Virus record (IMG/VR): IMGVR_UViG_2899018882_000006
Location: 341 to 64,340 of that record
Source: a virus
DNA length: 64,000 nt
Strand: one strand, 5' to 3'
In this document: positions 7,993-18,604 of the stretch, in pieces
How positions within the stretch are numbered: the first letter of the stretch is position 1
Layout of the letters: each line of letters begins with the position of its first letter
Notes under the pieces: generated by a model
Database searches by the model: none
Seen by the model: the letters and a program-made list of their open reading frames with translations, nothing else
Told to the model about the DNA's origin: nothing
Position numbers and translations under genes: made by a program

Positions 7993-10811
7993 GCATCTCC
8001 GTAAGCGAGGTTGCTCCAGGTCGTTTCAAGTGAGCGGGAAAGCTTTGCGTCAAGCTGAGCAAGCGCCTGTTCAACACCTTGCTGGACTGCGGCCTTAACA
8101 CTGGCAGTATCTGCACCAGCGCCGACAGTGATCCCGCCGAGGTTGATCGGAGCATGAACAGTGACACCGCCGCCACCGAGCTTGTGGTTCGGGATGATCG
8201 TCCCGTCCGCACCCGGCGCGAAAAGTTCCTGCCCCTTCTCGTTGATCTGGTACAGGCCACCTGCCTTCACACGGCCGCCGCCAGCGCGCTTGCCGTCAAG
8301 CTTTGGATCAAGTGACCCACCCGACGAGGAAACCGCTGCAGAGCCACCGCGTGCCACCGTGGCGAACTGACGGGCCAGACCGAGGGCTCTTTCAAGCTGG
8401 CTCGTGTCTATCGTCAGGGCACCGTTGACGGTCAGCGCCTCCTTGATCTGCTCGCCCGTGGCCTGAGCTTTCGCTTCGGCCTCGGCACCTCCGGTCATCA
8501 GCACGCCGATGTATTCCCGGATTCCTTGCTGAGCAGCAATCGGCCACTGCGCGGTCTGCTGCGAGATGTCGACCTCGAGAGCTTCCTGCGGTGTACGCTT
8601 GCGACCAAGCTGAACGTTCGACGGGTTGATGCCAGTGTGCTTTTCCACCCATGCGTCAACGCCGCTCGTCAGCCCCCACAGGTTTCCCTCTGGGTCGGTC
8701 TGGTTAAGTGCCGTAGCCGTAAGAGCACCGGCACCAAACGGGCTGGCTATTGCCCGTCCGCCAAGTCTGAGGGCTCCTCTCAGGAGTCCGCCGCCCGCCG
8801 CTCCAGCAGCTGCGCCGCCTGCGGTGCCTGCAGCAGCACCTGCGCCGCCGCCAAGGATTCGAGCGAGTAACCCTCGACCCGCACTCATGGCAGCGTAGCC
8901 ACCAGCAGCAAGGGCGAGGGCACCCAGAGCTTCAATAACCCGGCGAGTGGTAGTGCTTAACTGAGTGAACTCAGAAGCAAGCCAGTCGACCGACTTGAGG
9001 ACGCTGCTGATCGGCTTTTCCCAATCGCTCACGATCTTAATGAGCGCCGTTTCCACGGCACCGGTCGCGCGAGTGTAATCACCGTAGAGACCTTCGTTAG
9101 CCTTCACGCCGATCTTGTTGGTGATGCCTTCCGGCGTGTTCTGCATAAGTCCGATGGCCTGCTGAAACTCGGGGAAGCGGTCAGACAGAACGCCAGCACG
9201 TGCACCCTGCCTCTGCGTAAAGAACGCATTGAGCTGAGCGATTGTCGGGTCTGACTTCAGGATGTCCATGAGCAGGCGTTCGGAGTCGACGCTCTCGGCG
9301 CTGAACTTGTGGAAATCGCCGAGCTTCTTGGCAACGTCCTTCTTGTCCTTTGCCGACATCTTCCCGAACAACGGTTCCAGGATGTCCATGATACCGGAGG
9401 TAAACATGCCGCGGTCGCTGCCGACTGGCATTTCTTCACCGAGATCTTCATTGAGGAATGTGCCCTCATCGATGTACTTGGTGATCGCATCCTGCATTTC
9501 TTTGTTGACCCGGATACCGAAGTTTTCCTGGATCATCTTTGCAATGCCGCCCACCTTGAAGGCTTCTGGCTGCGTCACGTAGTCATCGAAATTAAGGCCC
9601 ATACTCTGGAGAGCGATACGGCCAGGGTTGGTTGGTGCGCCGAGCTTCGCCGCTGCGGTACGCGAGAACACACCAGCTTCATCACCCTTGTAACCTGCGC
9701 GGCGGAGAACAACGCCCATTGCGTTGGCAACAGGATCCGACAATCCGATGCTCTTCATGGCGCCGCCGCCATAACGCACATATTGCCGGACGTCGCTGTC
9801 GTCCATGCCGCCGTTCTTCGCCATCCATACGAGGTTGTCCACGTACTTCTGCACGGCCTTCAGGTCGTTCATCGGGATCTGACGAATCTGCGTCGAGCTT
9901 CGGATGGTTTCCGTAGCTTCTTCCAGAGTGACGTTCATTGCCAGAGCATAGTCAGTGATCGGGCCGAGCAGATTCATGATGGTATTCGCATCACGGATAC
10001 CGCCCTGCAGCACACCTACCTGAGATTGAACGACGTCGGCATTCGTGAAGCGGGTTTCGTAACCGATCTTCTCGGCCTGCGCATTCATCCTTGCCTTATC
10101 CGTGGCGCTAAAGATGTCGTAGCCAAGAGCGTCACGGTATGCCGTCGCCTGATCGTAGGACACTGTGTCCATGAACGCATTGCGTGCCACACCGCCAGCT
10201 CGGACAGTAGCATAACCACCGGCTGCGCCAGCGATCGTGCCACCTACCGAGGGGCCAGAGCGCCCCGGTCGTGGCGGCTTTGCCGGAGGCTGCTTGCGGT
10301 TTTCCCGCTCCATCTCACGCATCTTGCGGATGGTCTGGGCCAGCTGATCGCGGATAGCGCGCTGAGACTGACCAATGCCGTTTTTGCTATTGATGCTAAA
10401 TGATCTCAGCGATTGCTCTGCCGAACGTGCGGCGGCTCGCTGTTCCTGGAAAGCTGTCGTCGCTGCCTTGAGTGCAGAACGTGCCGACCGCATGTCAGCA
10501 TTCAGCTTCGCCGTGGGCTTGGTCACCGAAGCGAGTGCGGCTTCCAGCTCTTTAACACGGGTGCGAGCTGTCCGAAATTCGCCGAACGCTGCCGCTGCAC
10601 CGCGCCGCAGATCCTTGAAGTCGCCGACTGCTGCCGCCTTCCGGCGCAAGTAGTCGAGCTGGCTGCCGAGGTTCTTGGCCCCGGCAACACCGTTCTTCCC
10701 GAGTTTTCCAATGGAAGACTCGAGAGCCTTGAGGGCTTCCGTTGACTTCTTGGATGGGCCGCTGACGGAATCGATCAGCTGAAGACGAAGAGTGGCTACC
10801 CGAGATGCCAT
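7989..10811 (-). CDS. Tape measure protein
   Basis: 940 aa, Ala/Gly-rich helical; C-terminal RAGGGRV...YQINEKGQELFAP; synteny. Confidence 0.92.
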   Translation of the reverse strand: MASRVATLRLQLIDSVSGPSKKSTEALKALESSIGKLGKNGVAGAKNLGSQLDYLRRKAAAVGDFKDLRRGAAAAFGEFRTARTRVKELEAALASVTKPTAKLNADMRSARSALKAATTAFQEQRAAARSAEQSLRSFSINSKNGIGQSQRAIRDQLAQTIRKMREMERENRKQPPAKPPRPGRSGPSVGGTIAGAAGGYATVRAGGVARNAFMDTVSYDQATAYRDALGYDIFSATDKARMNAQAEKIGYETRFTNADVVQSQVGVLQGGIRDANTIMNLLGPITDYALAMNVTLEEATETIRSSTQIRQIPMNDLKAVQKYVDNLVWMAKNGGMDDSDVRQYVRYGGGAMKSIGLSDPVANAMGVVLRRAGYKGDEAGVFSRTAAAKLGAPTNPGRIALQSMGLNFDDYVTQPEAFKVGGIAKMIQENFGIRVNKEMQDAITKYIDEGTFLNEDLGEEMPVGSDRGMFTSGIMDILEPLFGKMSAKDKKDVAKKLGDFHKFSAESVDSERLLMDILKSDPTIAQLNAFFTQRQGARAGVLSDRFPEFQQAIGLMQNTPEGITNKIGVKANEGLYGDYTRATGAVETALIKIVSDWEKPISSVLKSVDWLASEFTQLSTTTRRVIEALGALALAAGGYAAMSAGRGLLARILGGGAGAAAGTAGGAAAGAAGGGLLRGALRLGGRAIASPFGAGALTATALNQTDPEGNLWGLTSGVDAWVEKHTGINPSNVQLGRKRTPQEALEVDISQQTAQWPIAAQQGIREYIGVLMTGGAEAEAKAQATGEQIKEALTVNGALTIDTSQLERALGLARQFATVARGGSAAVSSSGGSLDPKLDGKRAGGGRVKAGGLYQINEKGQELFAPGADGTIIPNHKLGGGGVTVHAPINLGGITVGAGADTASVKAAVQQGVEQALAQLDAKLSRSLETTWSNLAYGDA

Positions 10812-10821
10812 GACTATCCAC

Positions 10822-11013
10822 CTACATTATCTGGATAGCCTCTTCCCAAAGCCCGACGAGCTGAGGAAACGTCATTTCCAGAATGGATTCAAACGTTACC
10901 CCGCCGCTGGTTTCACGCATCACCTTGAAGGAGATAGCCAGCCAAGCGTCTATTCTTGCGGGGATGGGGTCTCCGTAGCCTCCTCTCGGGGCAACGTTGA
11001 CTGTGCGAAAAAA
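10822..11013 (-). CDS. -1 frameshift extension of tail assembly chaperone (E+E'-like)
   Basis: Slippery T TTT TTC at 11013-11007 enters the -1 frame, which is open to 10822. Confidence 0.7.
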   Translation of the reverse strand, partial: FFRTVNVAPRGGYGDPIPARIDAWLAISFKVMRETSGGVTFESILEMTFPQLVGLWEEAIQIM

Positions 11014-11387
11014 CCTTCTTGCGCCGCCTCCACGCGGGATGCGTCGACAAAGTCGAGGCTCTCGAGGACAACGGCCGGCGCGCTCACCCACGGCATGTCG
11101 ACCTTTTCGTCGGCCCCCTTGCCATGTTCCTTCACAGCCTCAGCGCATTCCTGAAGGTAGTCTCGCCACTCCCGCATAATCGGGCGGCGGACAGTAATTT
11201 CGCTGTAGACGACGCCGTCGTACTCGACAGGGAAGTCGAGAGAGACGACCATCTCCCGTCGTCCACCGTCGCCGACAAAACGAGGAGGCTGCTTTGCGAC
11301 GGCCTCCTGCAATGTCTTGGCTTCCGCATTGCGAGCTTCCACCCTCGCGAGTTCCTCTCGGCTGAGAGACTTCGTGACCTGGTTCAT
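10950..11387 (-). CDS. Tail assembly chaperone
   Basis: LDFPVEYDG...EITVRRP; between tube and tape measure. Confidence 0.85.
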   Translation of the reverse strand: MNQVTKSLSREELARVEARNAEAKTLQEAVAKQPPRFVGDGGRREMVVSLDFPVEYDGVVYSEITVRRPIMREWRDYLQECAEAVKEHGKGADEKVDMPWVSAPAVVLESLDFVDASRVEAAQEGFFAQSTLPREEATETPSPQE

Positions 11388-11417
11388 GACCACTCTCCTG
11401 AAATGAAAACGCCCGGC

Positions 11418-11927
11418 TTAGTAGCCGAGCGCCTGATTGAGTTCGGCGAGCTGGTTCACGCCGTTGATGATGCGTTTCGGAGGCCACGCCTGAAGCTCGT
11501 GGACGACGTCGATGCCGGTTTCGTAACGCATGTACTTGATGCTGTTCATCACGAACTCGACGCCGCCCTTTTCACCACGCTGCCAGCGATCACGGGAGCT
11601 GCCGTTGATCTGGCCTTCGACGATGCAGACGTGCGCGTCGATCCCGCCGTCCAGCTCACGGAGCACACCGCCACGGAACGTGACGCGAGTGGTCAGGCCC
11701 GGACGGAGTGCCATGCGCTTCATGATGTCGGGATTGTGGCCAGCCATCTTCACGGTGACTTCGAGCGCTTCGATAGCCGACATCGCCTGAGAGACGCCAA
11801 GGTCCATACCGCCGCCGCGATAGTCCTGAGTCATCGGACGGGGAAGGGGCAGGTCCACCTCTTCCGTGTCGATACCGAAGTCGAGGCCATCCAGGAACAT
11901 GGTGAAGCCTTGCAAAATATGCCGCAT
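11418..11927 (-). CDS. Major tail tube protein (P2 FII-like)
   Basis: DYRGGGMD motif, INGVNQLAELNQALG C-terminus. Confidence 0.92.
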   Translation of the reverse strand: MRHILQGFTMFLDGLDFGIDTEEVDLPLPRPMTQDYRGGGMDLGVSQAMSAIEALEVTVKMAGHNPDIMKRMALRPGLTTRVTFRGGVLRELDGGIDAHVCIVEGQINGSSRDRWQRGEKGGVEFVMNSIKYMRYETGIDVVHELQAWPPKRIINGVNQLAELNQALGY

Positions 11928-11959
11928 GGGAATTTCTCCTTATCGCGCGGAAGGTTGTG

Positions 11960-13429
11960 TTACGCCGTCTGAAGGGCAGTGCCAGCCAGACGGGCGATTT
12001 CACGAGCGGCATTCTCGGCAAGGACCGTGTAGTAGCCGGTGTTACGCGAGAACATGAACGTGATATGCTCGATCGGAGCAGGGGCTTCAGCGTCGTAGCT
12101 GATGTAGAGGTGACCGGAGGCCCAGGTTTCCTTGGTGTTCAGGCTGGAATCCAACCACACACGACCGCCGAGCGTTGTGCCCATAGCCGCCCAACGACGC
12201 AGTGCCGAGTTCACGGTCTCCGCAATGTCGGTCAGGTTCTGAAGGCTGAACGGCTTGTCGATGAAGGCTTCCGAAGCGATCTCGACCGAGTCGATGATCG
12301 TGTCGTGTGCACGGCGCACCGACCAGAAGTTCTTCAACGAGTCCGACGATGGCACCCGGCTACCCCACAGCTTGAAGCCACCGCTTGGCGCCCGCACGAT
12401 TGCGGCAATGGCGTTCTTATTGAGGAGTTGCGATTCAGCCGCCGGGTCGGTGATCGAATGGTCGATCGGCCGGGAGATGCCGACGATGCCTTCCACAACG
12501 TGGTTCGACGGGGAAACCCAGAAGCCTTCGCTGTAGTCAACGCGGGCTTGCAGGCCAGCCACACGGGCCGAAGCAGGCTCGTTCACAGCCGCTGCATCCT
12601 TGAACACCTTGACCATCGGCTCGACGATCAGAAGGCGGTCGGTGTCGTAATCCAGGCGATCCTGAATGGCGGCCGAGGTGTTGGTCGCCGTGGAATCCTT
12701 GATCACGCCAGCGCGGAAGCGGTTCGCCAGTGTCAGCAGCTCGACAGTTACAGGGTTCGCTACCGTGCCCACCGTTGCTGTTGCCGTCGCGACTTCCGTT
12801 GCGCCGCCACCGGTCAGGGTGACCGTAGGTGCGGACGTGTAGCCGAAGCCCGGCTTAGTGATGACGATCTCGTCGACAACGCCGGTCGTCGAATTGATGG
12901 TTGCGACGGCCTCAGCGCCAGAGCCAGTGCCACCGGTGATCGTCACAGTCGGGGCCGAGGTATAGCCCGTGCCGCCTTCCGTGATCGAGATGGTCGCGAT
13001 GCCATCGGTCGGACGGGACGAGGTAAAGCCCGGCGCAATCAGCAGCTTCGGCTTCAGACCGTGCTCACTCTGCGCAGTGCGCAGTGCGTGCATGCCTTTG
13101 TAAGTCGTCGAGTTGCCGATGATGTTCGACATGGTCTCGTTGATGTTCGCGCCGGGTTCAACGCGGACAACAAGGATCGTCTGCGAAACGCGAGACGCCT
13201 GATCGAAGATACCGTCGATGGCATCTTTCAGCGTGCCGGCAGCGCCGAGACCCTGGACTTCGCCATTTGCACCGTAGATCGGGACGACGGTGTCAAGCGG
13301 CCAGAGATCATCGGAGGCGTCTGGCGCCGTGCCGATCAGGCCGATTATGCCAGTGTCGATGGTTTCAACCGGACGAGGGCCGTTGTTCTGCTCCACCGTT
13401 TCAACGCCGTGAAGATAGATGTCTGCCAT
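11960..13429 (-). CDS. Tail sheath protein (P2 FI-like)
   Basis: YLHGVETVE, IIGLIGTAPDA, LIAPGF, GFWVSPSN, LWGSR. Confidence 0.95.
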   Translation of the reverse strand: MADIYLHGVETVEQNNGPRPVETIDTGIIGLIGTAPDASDDLWPLDTVVPIYGANGEVQGLGAAGTLKDAIDGIFDQASRVSQTILVVRVEPGANINETMSNIIGNSTTYKGMHALRTAQSEHGLKPKLLIAPGFTSSRPTDGIATISITEGGTGYTSAPTVTITGGTGSGAEAVATINSTTGVVDEIVITKPGFGYTSAPTVTLTGGGATEVATATATVGTVANPVTVELLTLANRFRAGVIKDSTATNTSAAIQDRLDYDTDRLLIVEPMVKVFKDAAAVNEPASARVAGLQARVDYSEGFWVSPSNHVVEGIVGISRPIDHSITDPAAESQLLNKNAIAAIVRAPSGGFKLWGSRVPSSDSLKNFWSVRRAHDTIIDSVEIASEAFIDKPFSLQNLTDIAETVNSALRRWAAMGTTLGGRVWLDSSLNTKETWASGHLYISYDAEAPAPIEHITFMFSRNTGYYTVLAENAAREIARLAGTALQTA

Positions 13430-13455
13430 TTGATCGGTTCCTTAGATACGACAAA

Positions 13456-13559
13456 ACCCGGCACGATGGCCGGGTAGGTCGGGTGTGAAATGAATAGCCC
13501 GGCACGAGGCCGGGCTGTTGAAGGTGAGAAAACAAAAAAGCCGCCCCATGAGGGCGGCT
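13456..13559 (-). terminator. Three hairpins: two near-identical CCCGGCACGA(T)GGCCGGG and one with T-tail
   Basis: Stems at 13456-75, 13496-516 and 13540-58 (T6 on minus strand). Confidence 0.6.
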
Positions 13560-13585
13560 CGCTTACTGGAAAGTGACAGGTGTGA

Positions 13586-13786
13586 TCAGGGATTAGACGC
13601 GATTAGAGAACCGCTATAGGTCCACCCGATTTGAGCTTCATCCGACGCTACAGCAAGGTGGTAGGATATGGTCTGCAATCGCTCGTGTAGATCGCCTGTT
13701 TCCACATCGACCGTTTCATCGACATCAACAATATCAATGACGGTCATGGGATACTGGCGAATGTCGATTATGGCGTAGCGGGTCAT
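13586..13786 (-). CDS. Hypothetical protein (tail accessory)
   Basis: MTRYAIID...AQIGWTYSG; in operon. Confidence 0.6.
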   Translation of the reverse strand: MTRYAIIDIRQYPMTVIDIVDVDETVDVETGDLHERLQTISYHLAVASDEAQIGWTYSGSLIASNP

Positions 13787-13787
13787 A

Positions 13788-14327
13788 TCAATCTTCCAGT
13801 GGACGCAACGCGTCGCCAAAGACAAAAATATCGACTTCCCCGGCAACCAGTCCGGTGGAAAGCGTGAGATACAGATACGGCGCTTCGAGGCGTCGGGCTG
13901 CTGGTTCCACCTCCACGATCTGTGAGCGGTCGGTCAGCGTGGACAGGCCGATCCCGGACGCCAGCACGATCCCGCCGCCGTTAGGCAGCGTCGAGATTGT
14001 CGCCGTAACGCCAAGAGGCGTCGCCGTCGATCCCGTTATGACGATCCTGCGGATAATGTAGGCGGTCGCCATCAGGATCGGAACGACTTGAGTTTCCGCG
14101 CTGGACAGACTTGCGCCGAGCAGCTTACCGAGCGGGTAATTCGGAACTTCCGCCCGGATGAGCGGAGGGCCGTCAATGCCGTCCGGGCTGTCGATCTGCA
14201 ATGGCGAGACCCCAATGAGGGGAACGGTGGCAAGCAGACCATCGTTATGAACCACAAGCCCATTCCCAACGATGCTGACGTTGGGTGGTTCATCTGTTTG
14301 AGGGGGTGAAGATATTGAAAGTCCCAT
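13788..14327 (-). CDS. Hypothetical beta-rich tail-region protein
   Basis: 179-aa ORF, GAGG RBS, in operon. Confidence 0.65.
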   Translation of the reverse strand: MGLSISSPPQTDEPPNVSIVGNGLVVHNDGLLATVPLIGVSPLQIDSPDGIDGPPLIRAEVPNYPLGKLLGASLSSAETQVVPILMATAYIIRRIVITGSTATPLGVTATISTLPNGGGIVLASGIGLSTLTDRSQIVEVEPAARRLEAPYLYLTLSTGLVAGEVDIFVFGDALRPLED

Positions 14328-14338
14328 GGGTTATTTCC

Positions 14339-15919
14339 TCAACGTGTAAGGACTGCGCCAGCCGCATCGAGTGCGGTTCGCAGATCGTCGTAAGGAACGT
14401 CATTGATGTCTTTGCCCTGATCGAGGGCGAGCGCAGCCAGCGTGCCCGCGCTTTCACACATCACACCCCATGTCGGTTCCATGCGGGCCGAGTTGAGGTT
14501 CAATGTTGAAGCCGAGAACGCGACTGGAACAATCAGGTTCGAGACTTGCGAAACGACAGGCAGAATTGAACGCAGCGGGATGGAATAGAGCTTCAGCCCA
14601 TTATATTCGAGCTTGCCTTCCTCCCATGTGCGTTCGCCATCTGGATCGGGCCACCAGTAATGCGGATGCGCGTCGATGGTATAGCCGCCGACCGCGATGC
14701 TGTCGGCCTTATGCCAGTTGTTCGTTCCAGTACCGTCATCGAACATGTCGGCGGTGGTCATGACGTACTGCCCGACCATTGTCCGGGACTGGCGGACGTA
14801 ATAGGCCGAGGCCCATCCCGGAGCGCCAATATAATCGTCCTGAAACTCGTCCGCACATAAGCCCCATAGATTGAGGCGGTTGCGATAAGTCGATGACACA
14901 GCGGTGTCATTGGCCGCAAAGTACATGACGCCGGCGCAGAAATAGAACGCCGCGTTCTGGATGCGGATGCGCTCCTGATAGCTGGCCTTCGTCCACTGAT
15001 TTGTGAAGAAACCGGGAAGATCGCCGCCGTTCGTGACAAATTTGTTCGAGCCTGCACCCGAGACTTCGTAACCGGATATACGCAGCGGGAACGTGCTGCC
15101 CGCACCGCCGTTATTGGCGATCATGTCCGCAACCCACAGAAAGTCCTCGCGTCGATAACCGGCAGGCATGGGCCATGGCAATCGATCTTCTCGTCTGGAG
15201 AAATTATGCCTGAAGCCGAATGCCTGGGCGCGGGAGCTTGGATCGCCATCCTTCAGCCATGGCGACGGCGGCCATGTGCGCCACGGATAGAGATTGCCGT
15301 TTTCATCGACCGATTTAAAATCTTCCTCGTCCGCGCCTTCAATGTTGATGCCCGGTCGCTGGACGCCGTATCCCTCGCGATCCTGCACGCGCTCGTTATA
15401 ATGGCGCTGACTGTCCCGTCCGTAGCTCATGGTGACGCCGGACATAGCGGCAAGGTCGCCTTCATAAGAGCAGTCGAGAAAAATAGATGCTGTGTACACG
15501 TCACCGTTCTGCATGGTGACAGAGGTGATTTTCCTGCTGATCGGGTCTTTCGTGACTGCTTTCAGCCAACAACCGGTCGCCACGACAACCTTACTGTCAT
15601 CCAGCAATATCTGGTTCATGGCGGCGATGCCTTCGGAGTTCGCGAAATTATAAACCTCCGAACCGTCCGTATTATTGTAAGGCGGATTGGCGCTGATGGT
15701 CTTGAAGAAATCCAGAACCAGCCCCCACCGGGTGTTGTTCGCCGTGCCGGGCTGGCCGACAATGTCGCCCTTGCCCAGCCCGCCTGTGGTCAGTCCCCCG
15801 ACATGGGTCGTCCATTCACACACATTAACTGTATGTCCCATGGCCGCGATTTTGCGCGCGGCCACAAGTCCCGGAAAGGTTGCGCCGTAGATGAACACTT
15901 CACTGTTATACGTCGCCAT
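14339..15919 (-). CDS. FAD-dependent oxidoreductase family protein
   Basis: VFIYGATFPGLVAA..., GGLTTGGLG, FLDCSYEGDLAAMSGV, YVRQSRTMVG, YSIPLRSILP, SARMEP. Confidence 0.85.
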   Translation of the reverse strand: MATYNSEVFIYGATFPGLVAARKIAAMGHTVNVCEWTTHVGGLTTGGLGKGDIVGQPGTANNTRWGLVLDFFKTISANPPYNNTDGSEVYNFANSEGIAAMNQILLDDSKVVVATGCWLKAVTKDPISRKITSVTMQNGDVYTASIFLDCSYEGDLAAMSGVTMSYGRDSQRHYNERVQDREGYGVQRPGINIEGADEEDFKSVDENGNLYPWRTWPPSPWLKDGDPSSRAQAFGFRHNFSRREDRLPWPMPAGYRREDFLWVADMIANNGGAGSTFPLRISGYEVSGAGSNKFVTNGGDLPGFFTNQWTKASYQERIRIQNAAFYFCAGVMYFAANDTAVSSTYRNRLNLWGLCADEFQDDYIGAPGWASAYYVRQSRTMVGQYVMTTADMFDDGTGTNNWHKADSIAVGGYTIDAHPHYWWPDPDGERTWEEGKLEYNGLKLYSIPLRSILPVVSQVSNLIVPVAFSASTLNLNSARMEPTWGVMCESAGTLAALALDQGKDINDVPYDDLRTALDAAGAVLTR

Positions 15920-15921
15920 GA

Positions 15922-18603
15922 TCAGAACTCCGCCGCTGCGGCTTCGTAGGCGACAAGCGCCGCGCGGATCGCTTCGGTTTGCGTCATTGTCAGGGCCTTG
16001 CCAATGTATGCGAAAAGGATTGGGCCGGGGAAATTCCCCACAATGCCGGAAGCACCCGTCACAGCACCTATCCGTATCGGATAGGAAGATGACGTAATGG
16101 TGGGCGTGCTGATAATCTGTGCTTCGCTATTGCGGAACGCGGTATATTCAGCCTCCGAATTGCGCGTTATGCCGACCAGTCCATTAGACCCGGAGAGTGT
16201 GGTAACCGTCCCCCCAGACGTGAGGCTTTGCGTCGCAATCGCCGATGCAGAGCGCAAGGGATTGATGCGCGTTGTGCTGTCACCAATTGCATACTTGTTC
16301 GCACCCACATAAGTCGTACCGCTGGTATAAATCATGATCGTGTGATCGGTCCGATCCACCATGGAAGCCAGCGGGCGACCCGTGTTTATCGCGTCATCTA
16401 CTCCATCGAACGTGTAATCGAGCCACGAAAGATTTGGTGCCCCATCCAGTGCACCAACATCACCGGACCCGTTCCAGTTAAGGAGCGCATCGGTGTTATT
16501 GTATCCTGCAAACACGCCAAGGATGCCGCCAGAGGCCCCGTTAATCGCACCCGCATTGTAGAGCGCGAGGTAAAGCATCGACAGCGCGGTTCTCTGCTTC
16601 GATGTTAGAGACGCTGTGTAGCGCGCCAGATGTGCCGAAATCAAAGAAGCGATATTCGGGTTCTGGTTTTGCGTGGACACCGCCACAATCGTCACTTCAG
16701 TACCTTCGGCTTCCGCGAGCGCCATGACCTCGCCAGATGGCGGGTTGGATACCTCGAAAACCTGACCGGGTTTCATGGTCAAGCTACCAGAGGCATTCAG
16801 GACGGGCGTGCGCCCTCCGAAAGCGAGGACAAACCGACCCGGTGCCGTAGGGGAAACCTGCCCATAGACTTCCGTGATGCGGTAGCCCTCGTCAGGGACA
16901 TTGACTGCGGCAATCGGTGTGGTCCCGAATGTTGCCGACAGATCAAAAGAGTAGGTTTTCCCGTTGGTGGACATGTCAAGTTGTTCCTGAAGCGAGGTCA
17001 AGAGATCGGTCCAGCTAAAGCGATTAATTTCAACGCCAGCAGCATCGAGCATCACGAATTGAGAAGTGGACGGATCGGAAATCAGCGTCCCACCTGAAAG
17101 AGCTTCAATGGTTGTTGGAACGCCATTAACCGTTTCTTCCAAGTTGCCAACGCGGGTCTGCAAATCCCCGAGGTCGTCAAGTCGCAACCATTGCCAGACC
17201 GATGACGCTGTCACCCATGCATAGATACCGTTGTTTGGTACGTTCGTGCCCGTGACGGGATCGATGTGCGTGCCGCTATCCGCCTCGACATAGCCGCGCT
17301 GTCCATCATGCTCCCCGGCAATGGCAGAAAGTTCAGCCCAAGACGATTTGGTAAGGGTGCTGACAAAAAGACCGTCCGGGATTTCTGAAATAGGAACTTT
17401 CCCATCGCTGCCGAGCGATGCTGCCCTGATATTCGTTCGGGCACGATTACGTTCAGCAACAGTGAAGGTTTGAGCTTCATCTACCCGGACAGCCTTGCCC
17501 GTGAGTGCCGCCGATATTTTCGCGGTCACTTCATCGCGGGTATCATAGTCGGCGGCGTCGTTCTCCTGATACGCCCATACAAGATATTCATCGCCGGAAG
17601 CAGGAGCGGTGATGGTGATGTATGGGCTTTCCGCGAGATAATTATCTGTCGAAAGCAGCGCGCCGTTAACGAATACCAAAGCGAAAGAGAACCCTCCCGC
17701 TACAATGATCACTCCATCAGGGTTCTCGCCAAATGTTCCCCGCGCTGTGCGAACGCCGCCAATGGACGCTGTTGCCGAGGGAACGAAGGTGGTGCCGTCA
17801 TAGACACGGACAAGATGCCCATCCCACCAAAGCTGTCCGGGTTGCGGGTCTGAAGGGGGAACAAGCGGTACGGAAATCGCCTTTCGCATGTCGGCATAAG
17901 CTTGTTGCGAGGCATCGCGCGCAGCAACAGACACACCCGCCGCAGTCTCCGCGCCTTGTCGCGCGGTAAGTGCGGTAGAACGATCAGAGGCGGTGGTAAC
18001 CTTGTCTTCGGCTACTTGCTGGCGCAGGGCAAGTGTCTGCTCGTAATAAATCTTTTGCAGAAGCGTTGCGCCGGGCAGGCTGGTGATAATCCAGTCGGCA
18101 TAAGGACCACCGGCCCCCGTCACCTGCTCAAGCGTCAGCTCCAATGCGCCAGTGGAACGGTTGAACGAATTGACCTTGCCCACACCCCACGTCGCCGTGG
18201 TGGATGCGCGGGAAAGTGCAACATAAGGCGTTGTTGCGAAAAACTCGCGGTCGGCAAAAGCGATGGTCAGATTGATCGTGCCGCCGTTGGAAAGCGAGGC
18301 AGGAGTGCTGGAAGTGGTCAGGACAGTGCCGCCCGTGACCTTTGTCTCAAGCCGAGCCAGTTTAGCGGTCACTTCGGCAAGGTTTTCATCAAGAATTACA
18401 GCAGCCTGCGCAACGATGGGCGCAAGCTCCTGCTCGATTACAGTAAGGCCGCGCGCGACGATTGCGTCAGCTACTTCCTTCTGAATATCAAGCTGTTCTT
18501 CAAGCGGAGCCAGTCTAGCTTGAACCGCCTCGATGAAGCCGTCCCACAGCTTGGCGCTCCATTGTTTATTTCGTGTCGAGAGGTAGCTAGAAAGGTCCGA
18601 CAT
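15922..18603 (-). CDS. Tail fiber / receptor-binding protein
   Basis: 893 aa; AQTFTVAERNRARTNI fiber motif; C-terminal lectin-like YTFDGVDD; synteny. Confidence 0.75.
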   Translation of the reverse strand: MSDLSSYLSTRNKQWSAKLWDGFIEAVQARLAPLEEQLDIQKEVADAIVARGLTVIEQELAPIVAQAAVILDENLAEVTAKLARLETKVTGGTVLTTSSTPASLSNGGTINLTIAFADREFFATTPYVALSRASTTATWGVGKVNSFNRSTGALELTLEQVTGAGGPYADWIITSLPGATLLQKIYYEQTLALRQQVAEDKVTTASDRSTALTARQGAETAAGVSVAARDASQQAYADMRKAISVPLVPPSDPQPGQLWWDGHLVRVYDGTTFVPSATASIGGVRTARGTFGENPDGVIIVAGGFSFALVFVNGALLSTDNYLAESPYITITAPASGDEYLVWAYQENDAADYDTRDEVTAKISAALTGKAVRVDEAQTFTVAERNRARTNIRAASLGSDGKVPISEIPDGLFVSTLTKSSWAELSAIAGEHDGQRGYVEADSGTHIDPVTGTNVPNNGIYAWVTASSVWQWLRLDDLGDLQTRVGNLEETVNGVPTTIEALSGGTLISDPSTSQFVMLDAAGVEINRFSWTDLLTSLQEQLDMSTNGKTYSFDLSATFGTTPIAAVNVPDEGYRITEVYGQVSPTAPGRFVLAFGGRTPVLNASGSLTMKPGQVFEVSNPPSGEVMALAEAEGTEVTIVAVSTQNQNPNIASLISAHLARYTASLTSKQRTALSMLYLALYNAGAINGASGGILGVFAGYNNTDALLNWNGSGDVGALDGAPNLSWLDYTFDGVDDAINTGRPLASMVDRTDHTIMIYTSGTTYVGANKYAIGDSTTRINPLRSASAIATQSLTSGGTVTTLSGSNGLVGITRNSEAEYTAFRNSEAQIISTPTITSSSYPIRIGAVTGASGIVGNFPGPILFAYIGKALTMTQTEAIRAALVAYEAAAAEF

Positions 18604-18604
18604 A

